From Raja brachyura (lineage: Eukaryota), in assembly GCA_963514005.1 (NCBI GenBank), contig OY740790.1, positions 31,558,001 through 31,622,000 of the forward strand: DNA of 64,000 nucleotides. The letters run 5' to 3'. The notes beneath the pieces were generated by a model. That model did not search any database. It saw only the letters and a program-made list of their open reading frames with translations, and had not been told where the DNA came from. Below are positions 1 to 13,189 of this stretch, piece by piece. The stretch's first letter is position 1, and every line of letters begins with the position of its first letter. A program made the translations under genes and the position numbers.

Positions 1-1165
1 TGGTGTTTATGGTTTATCTCAATGATTTGTGTGAGAACGTATGAGGCAGGATTAGTTAGTTTGCACACTAAAATGGGTGGTATTGTAGTTAACAAAGATG
101 GTTATCAAAGGTTACAGCAGGACCTGGATCAGTTGGGTAAATGGGCAACATGACCATCTACATGAGTTCCACCTGTCTGCATTCAGCCCATATTCCTCTA
201 AACTTATCCTATCCATGTACCTGTCTAAATGTTGCTTAAAGGTTGCCAACTATCTCTAGGAGTGCAGGTTTGATAGTTCATTGCATGTGGCATCTCAGGT
301 AGATAAGGAGGTCAAGAAGGTTTATGGCACATTGGTCTTCATCAGTCAGGGTTTTGAGTATAGAAGTTGGAATATTATGTTACAGATGTACAAGGCGCTG
401 GTGTGGCCACGGCATACCACCAGTATTGTGTCCAGTGTTGGTCATCTTGCTATAGGAAAGATGTTAAACTGGAAAGAGTGCAGAGAAGATAGGGAGAGGT
501 CAAGCAGAACAGGACCTTGTATCTTATACCTTCCGAAGAGTCCACCAGTGACTATACTGGAGTTGGACAATTTAATACTGGACAATTGTTTTCACATTTA
601 TCAAACCAATTAACCTACAAACCTGCACGTCTTTGGAGGAAACCGAAGACCTGGGAGAAAACCCAAGCAGATCATGGGGAGAACGCCATACAGACAGCAC
701 CCGTAGTCGGGATCGACCCTGGGTCTCCAGCGCTGCATTTTACTGTAAGGCAGCAACTCTACGCTGCGCCACCATGACCGCCCTCCTGCATTCCTTAGGA
801 GGATGAGGCTATCTTATAGAGGTATATAAGTTCATGAAGGGAACAGTAGATGCGTGGAGTCTTTAACCCACAGTAAGGGAATCAAGAACCAGAGGTCATA
901 GGTTTAAGGGGGAAATTTAATCGGAATCTGAGGGGCAGCTGGTTACACAGAGGGTGGTGCGCAGTTGGAATGAGCTGGCAGATGAGATAGTTGAGGCCAA
1001 CACTATCACATTTAAAAGACATTTGGACAGGCACGTGGATAGGATAGGTTTAGAGGGATGTGGGACGAACACGGACATGGGGGACTAGTGTAGATGGAGT
1101 ATTTTAGTCGACATTGGAAGGCTGGAACGAAGGGCTTGTCTCCTCTGTGCTGTACGACCTTATCC
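1..1165 (+). mobile_element. Decayed CR1 (HER1-type) LINE 3' part with nested insertions
   Basis: Degenerate RT C-terminal peptide (VASQVDKEVKKVYGTLVFISQGFEYRSWNIMLQMYKALV) and CR1 3' tail. Confidence 0.8.
585..785 (-). mobile_element. tRNA-derived V-SINE (HE1-like)
   Basis: Reverse of the tRNA-like head GGTGGCGCAGCGTAGAGTTGCTGCCTTACAG and GGGTTTTCTCC core; further copies ~3840-4150(-), 7430-7700(-), 28027-28270(+), 30265-30550(-), 51100-51355(+), 51880-52180(+), 54440-54712(-), 57530-57775(+). Confidence 0.75.
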
Positions 1166-1526
1166 TGAATCTTTCTTTCCGGTTCATACTCACGGGCTGA
1201 GACAGCGGATAGCAGAAAATGAAAAGCCGATTATCCGTTAGTCTTGCTGCTCTGCGTTCATAGCTGCTTGCTGCTATGGAAATCATATGAGTGTTCTCGT
1301 GGTAATTTTCGCAAGACAGTTCAGAAGATAGTCTGCAGAAGGGTCTCGACCCGAAACATCATCCATTCTCTCCAGAGATGCTGCTTGTCACGCTGAGTTA
1401 CTCATTTTGTGTCTATCTTCAGTTTAAACCAGCACCCGCGGTTCCTTCTCACACACTCAGAAATAACATGTTGTTTCGGTCTCTATCCCAATCTCCGAGA
1501 TATCTTTGGACAGCATTCCTCAGTGA

Positions 1527-1792
1527 TAGACACAAAATGCTGGAGTAACAACGGGACAGGCAGCATCTCTGGAGAGCAGAAATGGGTGAGGTTTCGGGTC
1601 GAGACCCTTCTTCAGTCTGAGAGTCAGATGAGAGGGGAGACAAAGAGAGATGACAAGGAACAGAACAGATCAAAGCTATGATCTGATCCGAAACGCCACC
1701 TATTATTTTTTTCTAGAGATGTAGCCTTACCCGCCGAATTACTCCAGCATTGTATGTCGGCGTAAACCAGCAACTGCGGTCCCTTCCCACAT
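1527..1792. mobile_element. Fold-back Penelope-terminus mini-element with TSD
   Basis: Two inverted PLE termini; flanks attcctcagtga (1515-1526) and attcctctgtga (1793-1804). Confidence 0.65.
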
Positions 1793-1894
1793 ATTCCTCT
1801 GTGAATTGAAATAACGATCTTGGACCACGGAATTACACACGAACCTTTAATTATCAGTTATATGAAAAGTATCACAAAATCTAGCAGAACTCAC

Positions 1895-1920
1895 GACACT
1901 GAGGTGTTGCCTTTCTTCAT
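1895..1920 (-). CDS. Probable first coding exon of a divergent gene (MKKGNTSV...), possibly DNAI4/WDR78
   Basis: Minus strand gcagcaATGAAGAAAGGCAACACCTCAGTGTC|gtgagt with a perfect donor; identity inferred only from mammalian head-to-head synteny with MIER1. Confidence 0.45.
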
Positions 1921-2031
1921 TGCTGCAGAGTTTTGGATGAAGTGGATGCACTGACTGACTCCCTCGCCGCTCTCCGACCGGCTTCACCAGTTTCCAAGCG
2001 ACGGGGCCGTTGTCAGGGAGCGGGCGGTGCA

Positions 2032-2045
2032 GTCACCATGGTTAC
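2032..2045. promoter_or_regulatory. RFX X-box-like motif
   Basis: GTCACCATGGTTAC (reverse GTAACCATGGTGAC) resembles the GTNRCC-N-RGYAAC consensus. Confidence 0.55.
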
Positions 2046-2350
2046 TCCGGTCCGCCCACAACCGCAGGAAAACCCAACCCGATTGGTCAATATTGAAACA
2101 GAACCAGTTAATTCTAAGCAGAATTAAGCTGCTATTTCAAAAACAGTTTTAACCAAACGACGGAAGAAGGCGCCACAAAACAGCCGGGAAGTGTAAAGCG
2201 GGCAGGGGGAACATTCATTTGCACTGATGGGCCAAGTTACTTGCGCGTCCAATCAGCGAGATGGTTGCGGCCCGGTGGGGAGGAGGGAGGCGGGATGGGC
2301 AGCACATCCGGGTCAGCAGTCGATCTCACTCTCCGGCCCGAAGTTAGAAA

Positions 2351-2359
2351 ATGGCGGAG
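2351..2359 (+). CDS. MIER1: MIER1 coding exon 1 (MAE start)
   Basis: aaaATGGCGGAG|gtaagg; encodes MAE, the known MIER1 N-terminus, with a canonical donor inside a CpG island. Confidence 0.9.
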
Positions 2360-3060
2360 GTAAGGCAGAGCCGTCAACACTTGGCTGAGCAGGAAGAAAT
2401 AAAAGTTAATTTAAACATCTATTCTTTAATATTTATTCGCAAATTTAGCCATCATCCGAGTCTGACTTTGTTATATTTTTTAAAAGCAATATGCAATTCT
2501 AAAAAGCAATCGTTCAGCTGCTGAACTTTTCGTTTTTCTTGGGGTTAAATATTGCAAAATTGTGAAATTATTACTGAGCTGAGCCTGCCTTCGCGGCGCG
2601 CTTTCCCCACCCCCCACCCTCCGATGTTGAAGTTCTGTCCGTATCCGCTAGGCCTTGATAAGGGTTATTCCTCTCCTGGAATTCGTCGCTTAAAAAACCC
2701 CACAAAAAAACCGCGTTTCTCCTGAAATATTTTTGAATAAAGTTCTTGAGTTGCTGCATTTACTTTGATTTTTAATTTTCTTTACTTCGTTCGTTCCAGG
2801 CTCCGTGCAAAAGTCCGCCAACAGCGGCTTGCTATTATACAAACTTTCCTCTCAACCCACGCAGTCAACCAGCCAACATTTCCCAATTTGTATTTTATTA
2901 TTACTTTTAAGAGCGGTGGTAGTTTGTGAATATATATTTAAATAATATCCGTATAATTTGTAATGCTTTATAACGCCATTTAAAACTAGATCTAGACATT
3001 TTTTTAAATGACTGCCAGTGAATTTATTTTGAACCTTTTCAATTTTTTTTTAATCCACAG

Positions 3061-3085
3061 CCTTCCATTGGAAGCTCAAGCCCAG
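3061..3085 (+). CDS. MIER1: MIER1 coding exon 2 (25 nt, PSIGSSSPG)
   Basis: T-rich tract then cacag|CCTTCC...CCCAG|gtagag; resembles human PSVESSSPG; phase 0 to 1. Confidence 0.88.
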
Positions 3086-3274
3086 GTAGAGTAAATGTAA
3101 ACATTCCTTAAGGTCTGTATTTATGATAAAGTTTGTAGTTACATCATGATATTTTGTAGAAATGAATAATTTATAAATTGCAATTTTTTTATTGTCATGG
3201 GAAACTGCAGATCCAAAACTCGAGAATTTCAAAAACTCTTTTAACATGTAATCCAATAGATTTCTCACAGATAA

Positions 3275-3649
<375 letters not shown>

Positions 3650-4269
3650 TGATTTCCCCATCTGGATTGTTTATTTATGAAAAATAATGAGTGTTCAAAA
3701 TTGTGAAGTTCTCATAATCAGCTTTGTGGTGTTGGATTGTGTTTCCTAATACAGGTTGCTAGATAAACATATTTTTGAAATGAAAAACCATTCATATTGT
3801 CCAATTTTTATTCCTTTGCTTTATTTGTTACATTGAACAGCTTAGTTTAACGATACAGCGTGCAAACGGGTCTTTGGGCCCACCGAGTCCATGCCAGACT
3901 TCAATCACCCATTAGCACTGGTTCTCATCCACTCCCTACCAACTAGGGACAATTTACAGAGACTAATTAACCTGTATACCAGCACGCCAGTGGGATGTGG
4001 GAGGAAACCAGAGCACCCAGAGGAAGCCCATGCTGTTATGGGGAGAGTGTGCAAGCTCCACAAAGAGAGCACTTGGGGTCAGGATTTAACTCGGGTCTCT
4101 GGCGCCTAAGTCAGTGGCTGTACCAATGTGCTGCTCCACTGTACTGCCCCAGCTTAGCCATTGGTCAGATTTCAGGTCAAAATCAGCTGTTATTAAAATT
4201 TTTGCTGCAGAGTTATTTTTCCTTTGATCATTTCATTTGCATTGTTAATAAAAACAGAAAATGTTGGAA

Positions 4270-4890
4270 ATGGCATTGGTTTATTAATGTCATTTGTACT
4301 GAGATTCAGTGAAAAACATTGAGTTGCATGCTATCCAGGGAAATCATACCGTACATCAGACAGTGCAAAAGAAAAACTAAACAGTAGAGAGTATATCTTT
4401 ACAGCTACAGAGAAAATAAAGATAAAAATAAAGTACAAGGGTCGAAACAGGATAGCTTTAAAGATTGAGAATTCATTTGTGTCCTTAACTTCCATCCAGG
4501 AGTCTGAGAACAGTGGAAGAAGCTTGCAGTAGGCGGTAGCTGCTTTCAAGTTTTCTATTTTCTGCCTGACACGAAAGGGGAGAAGAGAGAATGGCTGACG
4601 TGTGAATGGTCGTTGATGGACCTGAGACAATATAATTTGTGGAGGAGGGGGGAGAGTTGGGTTTCCATGATGGAATGGGCTTTGTGTTTACAACTCTCTA
4701 ATTTCTCTTAGTCTTGGGCCAAGCACGCTGTGATGCATCCGGGTTGAATGCTTTCTTACTGTAGAAATTGGTATGAATCGTTTGAAACAAGCTCAATTTC
4801 CTTAGCCTTCAGAGGCAGTAGTGTTGCTGTTGTGCTTTCTTGTACATAGCGCCAATGTTGTTTTGTCCATGACCAATTATTGCTGATATT
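4270..4890 (-). mobile_element. Decayed Rex1/Babar-like LINE 3' fragment
   Basis: Degenerate FSLLP-SGR-K-LKA type C-terminal motif on the minus strand. Confidence 0.5.
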
Positions 4891-5360
4891 TTCAGCTACT
4901 GATCAGGAGAAAGGAAGTTAATATTTCAGGTCTACAACTATACAATTGAACTAATGATTGAATGATCATTCACCTGAAACAACGATTTATAATTTGTATC
5001 ATTTTTTTTGTGCAGGTCCAAATCATTTATTTTATTTCAGAAATTCATTTTTGTTATGTATATTCATAGCTGAAGAGGTTAATTTACAGTTTTGCAAATT
5101 GCTGTTTACTGCTGTTATTTTGTATGCATCAGTAAACCTTTTTCTGATTTTAAGTAAAATAGATTTTTCTAAGAGAAAATTATAGATTGTTCTCTATAAT
5201 AAGGGTAATTATAATTCTGCAATGTAGTTTCTTGTTAATTATATTGTATACATGTTGGGGGTTTTTTAAGTGTTTTCTTTAATAGCAATACTGTAAACCT
5301 TTGTTATTGCAGACATCTTTACAATGGATTTGAGTTATAGTGGATTGTTTTTTTAAGAAA

Positions 5361-5617
5361 GGTAGATACAAAATGCTGGGCTAACTCATTGGGACAGGCA
5401 GCATCTCTGGAGAGAAGGAATAGGTGCCATTTCGGGTCGAGACCCTCCTTCAGACTGATGTCAGGGGAGTGGGTGGGACAGAGATAGAATGTAGTCAGTA
5501 AGACTAGTGGGAGAACTTGGAAGGGGGAGGGGATGGAAAGAGGGAAAGCAAGGGCTATTTGAAGTTAGAGAAGTTAATGTTCATATCGCTGGGTGTGTAA
5601 GCTACCCAAGCGAAATA
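5361..5617 (-). mobile_element. Penelope-like element 3' end, split by a Tc1 insertion (continues at 12692-12780)
   Basis: Terminal repeat plus reverse of the GIY-YIG C-terminus; sequence resumes in register after 12691. Confidence 0.8.
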
Positions 5618-5994
5618 TAGTGCCCTCCATAATGTTTGGGACTAAGACCCATCATTGATATATTTGCCTCTGTACTCCACAATTTGAGATTTGTAATAGA
5701 AAAAAAAATCACATGTGGTTAAAGTGCACATTGTCAGATTTTAATACAGGCCATTTTTATGCATTTTGGTTTCACCATGTAGAAATTACAGCAGTGTTTG
5801 TACATAGCAAGGCTGTCAAGTCGGAGTCGGAGCAATTTTGGTGCTGTCGGAGTCGGTAAAAAAATTCCGACTCCAACCGCAACATAAATTTCAGATAATT
5901 ACAATTTGTAATCATGTATTGTCTTTCTGCTAACTTGTTAGCACGCAACAACAGCTTTCCACTGCACCTTGGTACACATGACAATAAACTAAAC

Positions 5995-7135
5995 TAAGTG
6001 ATGAAGTTGATCAATGCGAGTATGGTAGTGGATGTTGTCTACATGGATTTTATTAAGGCATTTGTTAAGGTTTCCCATGGTAGACTGATCCAGAAGATTA
6101 AGATTCATAAAATTCACACTGACATGGTTGTAAGGAATCATAACTGACTTATTGATAGAAGATAAAAGATTGGGGTTGAAGAACAATGCTCAGGCAGGAG
6201 TTTTGAGACCAGTGGAGTTCCACAGGGATCTGCGCTGAGACCTCTGTAATATACAAAGGACTTGGGCATTAATGTAGATGCTTAGTTAGTAACTTTGCAG
6301 ATGACACCAAAATTGATGAATTGGTCAAGTGGGGAAGGCCATCAAAGCATACAGTGGGACATGGATCAGCTAAGAAATTGTGGGAAAATGGCAGAGTATA
6401 ATCTGAGCAAGTGTGAGGTGTTGAATGTAGGGCGATGGAATGAAAGGGGAGTGACAGTTAATGACAAGATCCTTAACAGCACTGATGTGTGGAGGGATCT
6501 TGTGGTCCAAGTCCTTTGGTTCTTGAAAGTGGCAATGCAGGTAGATTAGTATAGAAGGCATATGGCATCATTGCTTTCATTGATCAGGGAATTGAGTTTG
6601 AGTGGGGAAGTCATGCTGCATATTTCTAGGACTTCAATTACTCCACATTTGAAGTATTGTCTGCAGTTCTGATCACCGTTTACAGTAAGGGTGTGACGCT
6701 TTGAAGAGGGTGCAGAAGATGTTTACCAGATTGTTACCTGGAATAGAAGGTAATGGGTATCAGGAGAGGTTGGGCAAACTTGGATTGTTTTCTCTGGAGC
6801 GTCGGAGGTTGAAGGGAAATCTCAAAGTATATAACATTGAGAGGCGTAGACATGCACACCTTTTTACTAGGGTACGTGTCAAATACATCAGCGTAAGATG
6901 AAACCAGGAAAGGAGCCAAGTAGGGCAATTAATTTTTAGGGGGTGCAAGTTTGCACTGCCAGTGGTGGCTGGCATTTGGTGGTATTTGAGACTTACAGAT
7001 ACACACATTGATAGGCAGGGGATGGAGGGATATGGATCACATGCAGGCCGAAATGTGTTTAACTTAACATCATGTTTGACATAGACATTGTGGGCTGAAG
7101 AACTATTTCCTTTGCTGTACTATTTTATGTTCTGT
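5995..7135 (+). mobile_element. Decayed CR1 LINE RT and 3' region
   Basis: VDVVYMDF, GVPQGS, FADDTK-like and KRVQKMFTRLLPGIEG motifs spread over broken frames. Confidence 0.8.
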
Positions 7136-7974
7136 GAAAGGAGGTCTCTGACTAAGCTTTGCAGAGCACTATGCAGCCTCAGGGGCTGCTCCAGTTTCTT
7201 CACTTTTGTTCTGGACCTCTATTCTGTTTGCCTGCTTTTGTTCCATCTCGAAGAGTGGAGTAATTGCTACCGTGCTTGACCTCTGTGGTGATAGTTGTTT
7301 CTAAGAACTCTGTACAGAATTTTGTACAGTGCACCAAACCACAACAGGCCAGTCATTTTAAACTTTTTTGTGGAAGCTATTAGTAATCGTTCAAATTACT
7401 GTTAATTTCATCTGAGATAAATTTGCATTAGTTTAGAGATACAACATGAAAATGGCCCAATCGTGCCACTGAGTCCATGCCAATCATTGATTACTCAATC
7501 ACACTATTCTGTCATCCCATGTGTCCATTCTACATGCTAGAGGCAATTTAGAAGCCAATTATCCTATAAACCCACACATCTTTTGAATGAGAGAGAAAAT
7601 GCGTGCAGCCAGAGAAAACCCACACATTCACATGTACAACGGGCAAACTCCACACCACATTTGACGTTAGAATTGAACCCGTGTCTCTGGCGCTGCACCA
7701 CTTTAAAATAGAGTCAAAGTCATGGATGATTAAAGAGCGGACTTGACATGGCGTGTTGATGTTTAAGGTGCCAAATAAGAGCGTTGTAAGCGACCTTTAA
7801 GCATATCAAGTGAAATACAGAGTGTAAATAAATAATTGGTTTAAGCGGAAAAGAATCATGCTGAACATTTGTAGTTTGGTCTGAAGGAAGGTAGCTTGGC
7901 AGAACATAATTTAGAATTAACATGATGACAGAAAGGACAAACCCCAGGAATAAAAATGGAGATAAGACCTGTTT

Positions 7975-8480
7975 AACATATATAACAACATATAACAATT
8001 ACAGCACGGAAACAGGCCATCTCGGCCCTTCAAGTCCGTGCCGAACAACTTTTTTCCCTTAGTCCCACCTGCCTGCACTCATACCATAACCCTCCATACC
8101 CTTCTCATCCATATGCCTATCCAATTTATTTTTAAATGATACCAACGAACCTGCCGCCACCACTTCCACTGGAAGCTCATTCCACACCGCTACCACTCTC
8201 TGAGTAAAGAAGTTCCCCCTCATGTTACCCCTAAACCTCTGTCCCTTAATTCTAAAGTCATGTCCTCTTAATTGAATCCTCCCTATTCTCAAAGGGAAAA
8301 GCTTGTCCACATCAACTCTGTCTATCCCTCTCATCATTTTAAGGACCTCTATCAAGTCCCCCCTTAACCTTCTGCACTCCAGAGAATAAAGAACTAACTT
8401 ATTCAACCTATCTCTGTAACTTAGCTGTTGAAACCCCGGCAACATTCTAGTAAATCTCCTGTGTACCCTCTCTATTTTGT
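7975..8480 (-). mobile_element. Well-preserved CR1 LINE 3' end with (TGTTATA)n-type tail
   Basis: ORF 8059-8445: LYSLECRRLRGDLIEVLKMMRGIDRVD...NFFTQRVVAVWNELP. Confidence 0.9.
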
Positions 8481-8657
8481 TTAGGCTGGCCCATAAGATT
8501 AATTCAAATGGGATCCATAGTGATTTGGTGAATCGGATCCAATACTGACTTAGTCATGGAGAGGATGCCATGGCAAAGGTATTTTTATTACAGTAGGTTT
8601 GTGACTTGTGTTTGCAAGTGTATGATTTGCATGAAAATATAGATAGTTTCATTAGTT

Positions 8658-9620
8658 CATAAGATCATAAGTGATAGGAGCAGTATTAGGCCATTCGCCC
8701 ATCAAGTCTACTCTGCCATTCAATCATGGCTGATCTATCTCTCCCTCCTAACCGTACTCTCCTGCCTTCTCCCCATAACCTCTGACACCCGTATTAAGAA
8801 TCTATATCTGCCTGAAATATATCCACTGACTTTGCATCCACAGCCTTCTGTGGCAAAGAATTCCACAGATTCACCGACTAAATAAATTCCTCATCACCTT
8901 CCTAAAAGAATGTTCTTTAATTCTGAGGCTATGACCTCTAGTCCTACTCTCCCACTAGTGGATGCATCCTCTCCACATCCACTCTATCCAAGCTTTTCAC
9001 TATTCTGTACGTTTCAATGAGGTTTCCCTCCCATTCTTCTAAACCTCAGCGAATATAGGCCCAGTGCTGTCAAACACTCATCATATGTTAACCTACTCAT
9101 TCCAGGGATCATTCTTGTAAACTTCCTCTGGACCCTCTCTAGAGCCAGCACATCCTTCCTCAGATATGGTGTCCAAAACTGCTCTAAATATTCCAAATGC
9201 GGCCTGACAAGCGCCTTATAGAGCCTCAGCATTACATTCCCGTTTTGATACAAGCCCTTCAAAGTAAATGCCAGTATTGTGTTTGCTTTCTTTATTATCG
9301 ATTGGACTTGCAGATTAACTTTTTGGGAATCCTGCACCAGCACTCCCAAGTCCCTTTGAACCTCTGAAGCTTAAACCTCTGAACCACTAATATTTGCAAT
9401 GTTATATGCCTTCTATTTTAGTTTTATACTGTCCTTGGTATTTCTTGTCCGCCACGGTCGCCTCTTTCTTCTCCCAGAATCCTTATTTATGTTTGGAATG
9501 AAAAGATCCTACATCTTCTAAATTATTCCCAGAAATTCCTGCCATTGCTGTTTCTCCGCCATCACTGCTAGTGTCCCTTTCCAGTCAACTTTGGCCAGCT
9601 CCTCTCACATGTCCCCTTTG
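8658..9620 (-). mobile_element. CR1 LINE fragment
   Basis: ORF 9014-9349: RLYKALVRPHLEYLEQFWTPYLRKDVLALERVQRKFTRMIPGM. Confidence 0.85.
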
Positions 9621-10169
9621 TTCAGCTGCAATACTGACGTGAAATGAATTTTTTGGATTGAGGGGCAGTCAACGAACAAAGCAGAATATAGATCAGTTCA
9701 GATATGTTGGAGAAATGGCAGAGGGTGCTTAATCAGACTGGGATATTGTATTTTGGGAGATCAAATACAAGGAATATACTAAATGGCTGGGCTCTTGGGA
9801 CGGTGATGTACAAAGGGATCTTTGGGTGTTTGCCCATGGCTCACTGAAAATAGCAACGCAAGTAGATAATGAGGTAAAGGAATATGGCATGCTTGCCTTC
9901 AGCGGTCAGGGCATCGAGTATAAAAGTTGGCCAAATGTGTTGCAGCTGTGGAAAACATTTTGGTTCTGTTACATTTGGGGTATTCTGTCCAATATGGGCA
10001 AGATGTAGAGATTTCAGAGAAGGGGTTTACTAGAATGTTTTTGAAAAAAAACACATGCAGCGCTAGAATAACGAGGCAGTTCAGACAGCATCCCCCCCAC
10101 CCATGTTTTCTACTGCTCATTGACCACTTTCTTTCTTAGACTCACTGCAATGGCCACGTGTCCTTTGTA

Positions 10170-11530
10170 AAAAATATAATCATAGTTTCCCTAGTCCTTG
10201 CCTTTCATCCCACTAGCTTACACATTCAGCATATCCTTTATCTCTTCTGCCAATTATAACACGATCCCACAACCAGCCTCATCTTGATCTCCCCACCCTT
10301 CTGCAGTGACTACTCTCTCCATAATGCTTGAACTGCTCATCATCCTGTTGCCACTTTCTCTGCTGGAGAGCAACACTTGTTCCTAAACATCTTCCCTCAT
10401 CACCTTTCAGGGACCTAAGCTGTTCTTCCAGGTTAGGTGAAGATCCACATGCAACTCCTTCACCCATGAGTACTGCATCCATTGCTGTTGATGTAGGCTC
10501 ATCAACTATTCCAAATGCAGAAGAGGCGACTAGTTTGCAGAGCATCTGAGCTCTGTTCACAATAGCAATCCTGAGATCCTGGCTACATGCTATTTCAACT
10601 TCCCTTCTCATTTCCACACTGACTTGTCCGTCTTCAGCCTTTTTCGCTACCAGAGTAAAGCCCAACACAAACTGAAAGTACAATACCTGGTGGAGGAAAT
10701 TGAGATGGATAGGGCATAGGTTTAAGGTGAGAGGGGAACGTTTTAGCTTGTTGAGGTAAATGAGGCAAGCCCAATAGCAATATTTAAGGGACATTTCAAA
10801 AGGTACATGGATAGGAAAGGTTTGGGGGAGGGGGGGGATATGGAACATCTTGGTCAGTGTGGATGAGTTGGACAGAGGGCATGTTCCTGTGCTGCATGGC
10901 TCTGACTAGCATAGTAGATTAGGTCGTCTACAACCCAATAGTACAAATATTGAGTCTGAAATTTCAGGTAAACATCATGACTTGTTCTCCTCTTGGTCCT
11001 CTCACTTTTGTTCCCTTTCCCATTAAACTCACCCTCATGACTAAGTTTCTTATCTCTCCAACTCTAGTATTAATCCATCATCTACCGACAATCTTCACTC
11101 GTAGAAACGTAGAAAATAGGTACAGGAGTAGGCATTCGGCACTTCGAGCCAGCAATATGATCTTAGCTGATCATCCAAAATCAGAACCCCAGTCCTGCTT
11201 TCTCCCCATATCCCTTAATTCCGTTAGCCCTGGGAGCTATATCTAACTCTCTACATCCAGCGAATTGGCCTACAATGCCTTCTGTAGCAGAGAATTCCAC
11301 AGATTCTGAACTCTCTGGGTGAAAATTGTCATCTGTCCTAAATGGCTATCCCTGATTCTTACTCACTGTGTCCCCTCCCTCATATGACACCATGTACTCT
11401 TCATCTCTCCCTCAATAGTTCCCATTTATTGCCATCTTTATCAGATTCTCAGATTTCCGATTTTGCTTCCCCACTCATTTCCCTCCAGTATTTGTCTCCA
11501 ACATTACCTTCCCCTTCCCCCACTTAGCTC
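10170..11530 (+). mobile_element. Decayed Penelope-like element (GIY-YIG region and 3' part) with nested CR1 tails
   Basis: PLVLAFHPTSLHIQHI-like and FNFPSHFHTDLSV-like remnants; CR1 inserts ~10691-10910 and ~11100-11360. Confidence 0.65.
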
Positions 11531-13189
11531 CATCTAAATCACACCTGACTCCTGAAGAGTGTTTCTGATCTGTCAGACAAGTGTTTGGGGATTTTTCTTT
11601 ATTATAGAGAGAACTCTTCTGTCATCAGCTGTGCAGGTCTTCCTTGGCCAATCCCTTTGCGATTAGTAAGCTCACCAGTGCCCTCTTTCTTCTTAATGGG
11701 CCAGTACCTTCAGCAGTCATACATGCCCAGGCCATGACACCATATTTCACATATTAGGTGGTATGGTTTGGATTTTGGGCAGTTCCTTCTCTCCTCCATA
11801 CTTTGCTCTTGACATCACTCAAATATAAGTTAATTTTCATCTCATCTGTCCACTAGACCTTTTTCCAGAACTGTGGTTGCTCTTTTAAGTACGTCTTGGC
11901 AAACTGTAACTGGGCCATCCTATTTTTACAGCTAACCAGTGGTTTGCATCTTGCAGTGTAGCCTCTGTATTTCTGTTCATGAAGTATTTTGCGGACAGTG
12001 GTTATTGAGATGGATAGGGCATAGGTTTAAGGTGAGAGGGGAACGTTTTAGCTTGTTGAGGTAAATGAGGCAAGCCCAATAGCAATATTTAAGGGACATT
12101 TCAAAAGGTACATGGATAGGAAAGGTTTGGGGGGAATTCTTCTGTCATCAGCTGTGCAGGTCTTCCTTGGCCAGTCCCTTTGCGATTAGTAAGCTCACCA
12201 GTGCCCTCTTTCTTCTTAATGATGTTCCAAACAGTTGATTTTGGTAGGCCTTAGGTTTGGCTAACAGTTTTATTCTTGGTTCTCCGTCTCATACTGTCTT
12301 ATTTGACTTTCATTGGCAGAACTTTGGTTCTCGTGTTGATAAACAGCAATAAAAGTTTCCAACGGTCATGGAAAGACTGGAGGAAAGACGAGGTGCTGAG
12401 AGCTCTCACACCTGCATTAAGGAGGCAATTAAACACACAGAGTAATTACAAAGTCTGTGAAGCCATGTGTCCCAAACATTGTGATGCCCTGAAATGGGGG
12501 GAGTATGTATAAACACTGCTGTAATTTCTACCTGGTGAAACCAAAATGTGTAAAAATGGCCTTTATTAAAATCTGACAATGTGCACTTGAACTGCATGTG
12601 GGTTTTTTTCTATTACAAATCTCAAATTGTGGAGTACAGAAGCAAATAAATAAATGATGGGTCTCTGTCCCAAACATTATGGAGGGCACTGTATGAGGTG
12701 CTATTCCTCCAATTTGTGCTGGGCCTCACTCTGACAATGGAGGAGGCCCTGGACAGAAAGGTCAGATTGGGACTGGGAGACTGAGTGCTGAGCATCGGCT
12801 GAGTGCTGAGCTGTCTCTTTAAGAACACAGACTGCTAGTTACACTGCTGAGACTATGGAAATTGACTGACTACCGATTGCTTGCATCCACACTTAACTCT
12901 ATTAATGTATCAAACTGCCTTTAGCTTGCAGTAACAAAATTACGTGTAGCTACTAAAAAGAACTTTGCATTTGAAGGCAATTCATTGTTTCGTAGAGTGG
13001 CCGCTAGGTGGTTGGAGTAAATCCCTTACTTGCTTATAGCAGACAATCTAACGGATACTATTTTCTCCCTATGGTATGTTATACTTAGGGTTTACAGTTG
13101 ATGGCAGACTTGGTACGTTAATAGATTGACACAGATGGGGAGGGTATTTAATAAAGTCCCGCATGGTGAGACTTGGTCAGACGATGATG

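Larger units (their letters stand above)
1960..2860. promoter_or_regulatory. CpG-island, probably bidirectional promoter
   Basis: CpG-rich, not recognisably repeat-derived; CCAAT boxes (gattgg ~2081, ccaatc ~2249), ETS-like ccgggaagtg ~2184, YY1-like aaaatggcgg overlapping the MIER1 ATG. Confidence 0.75.
5618..12691 (-). mobile_element. Tc1-family DNA transposon with ~190-bp TIRs, expanded by internal insertions
   Basis: TIRs (c/t)agtgccctccataatgtttggga at 5618 and the reverse ending at 12691; TA on both sides; transposase remnants at ~11535-12300. Confidence 0.8.

Noticed and set aside
2800-2910. Acceptor-like site ttcgttccag as an extra MIER1 exon
   Set aside because: Frame reaches TAA with no convincing donor and no similarity to MIER1
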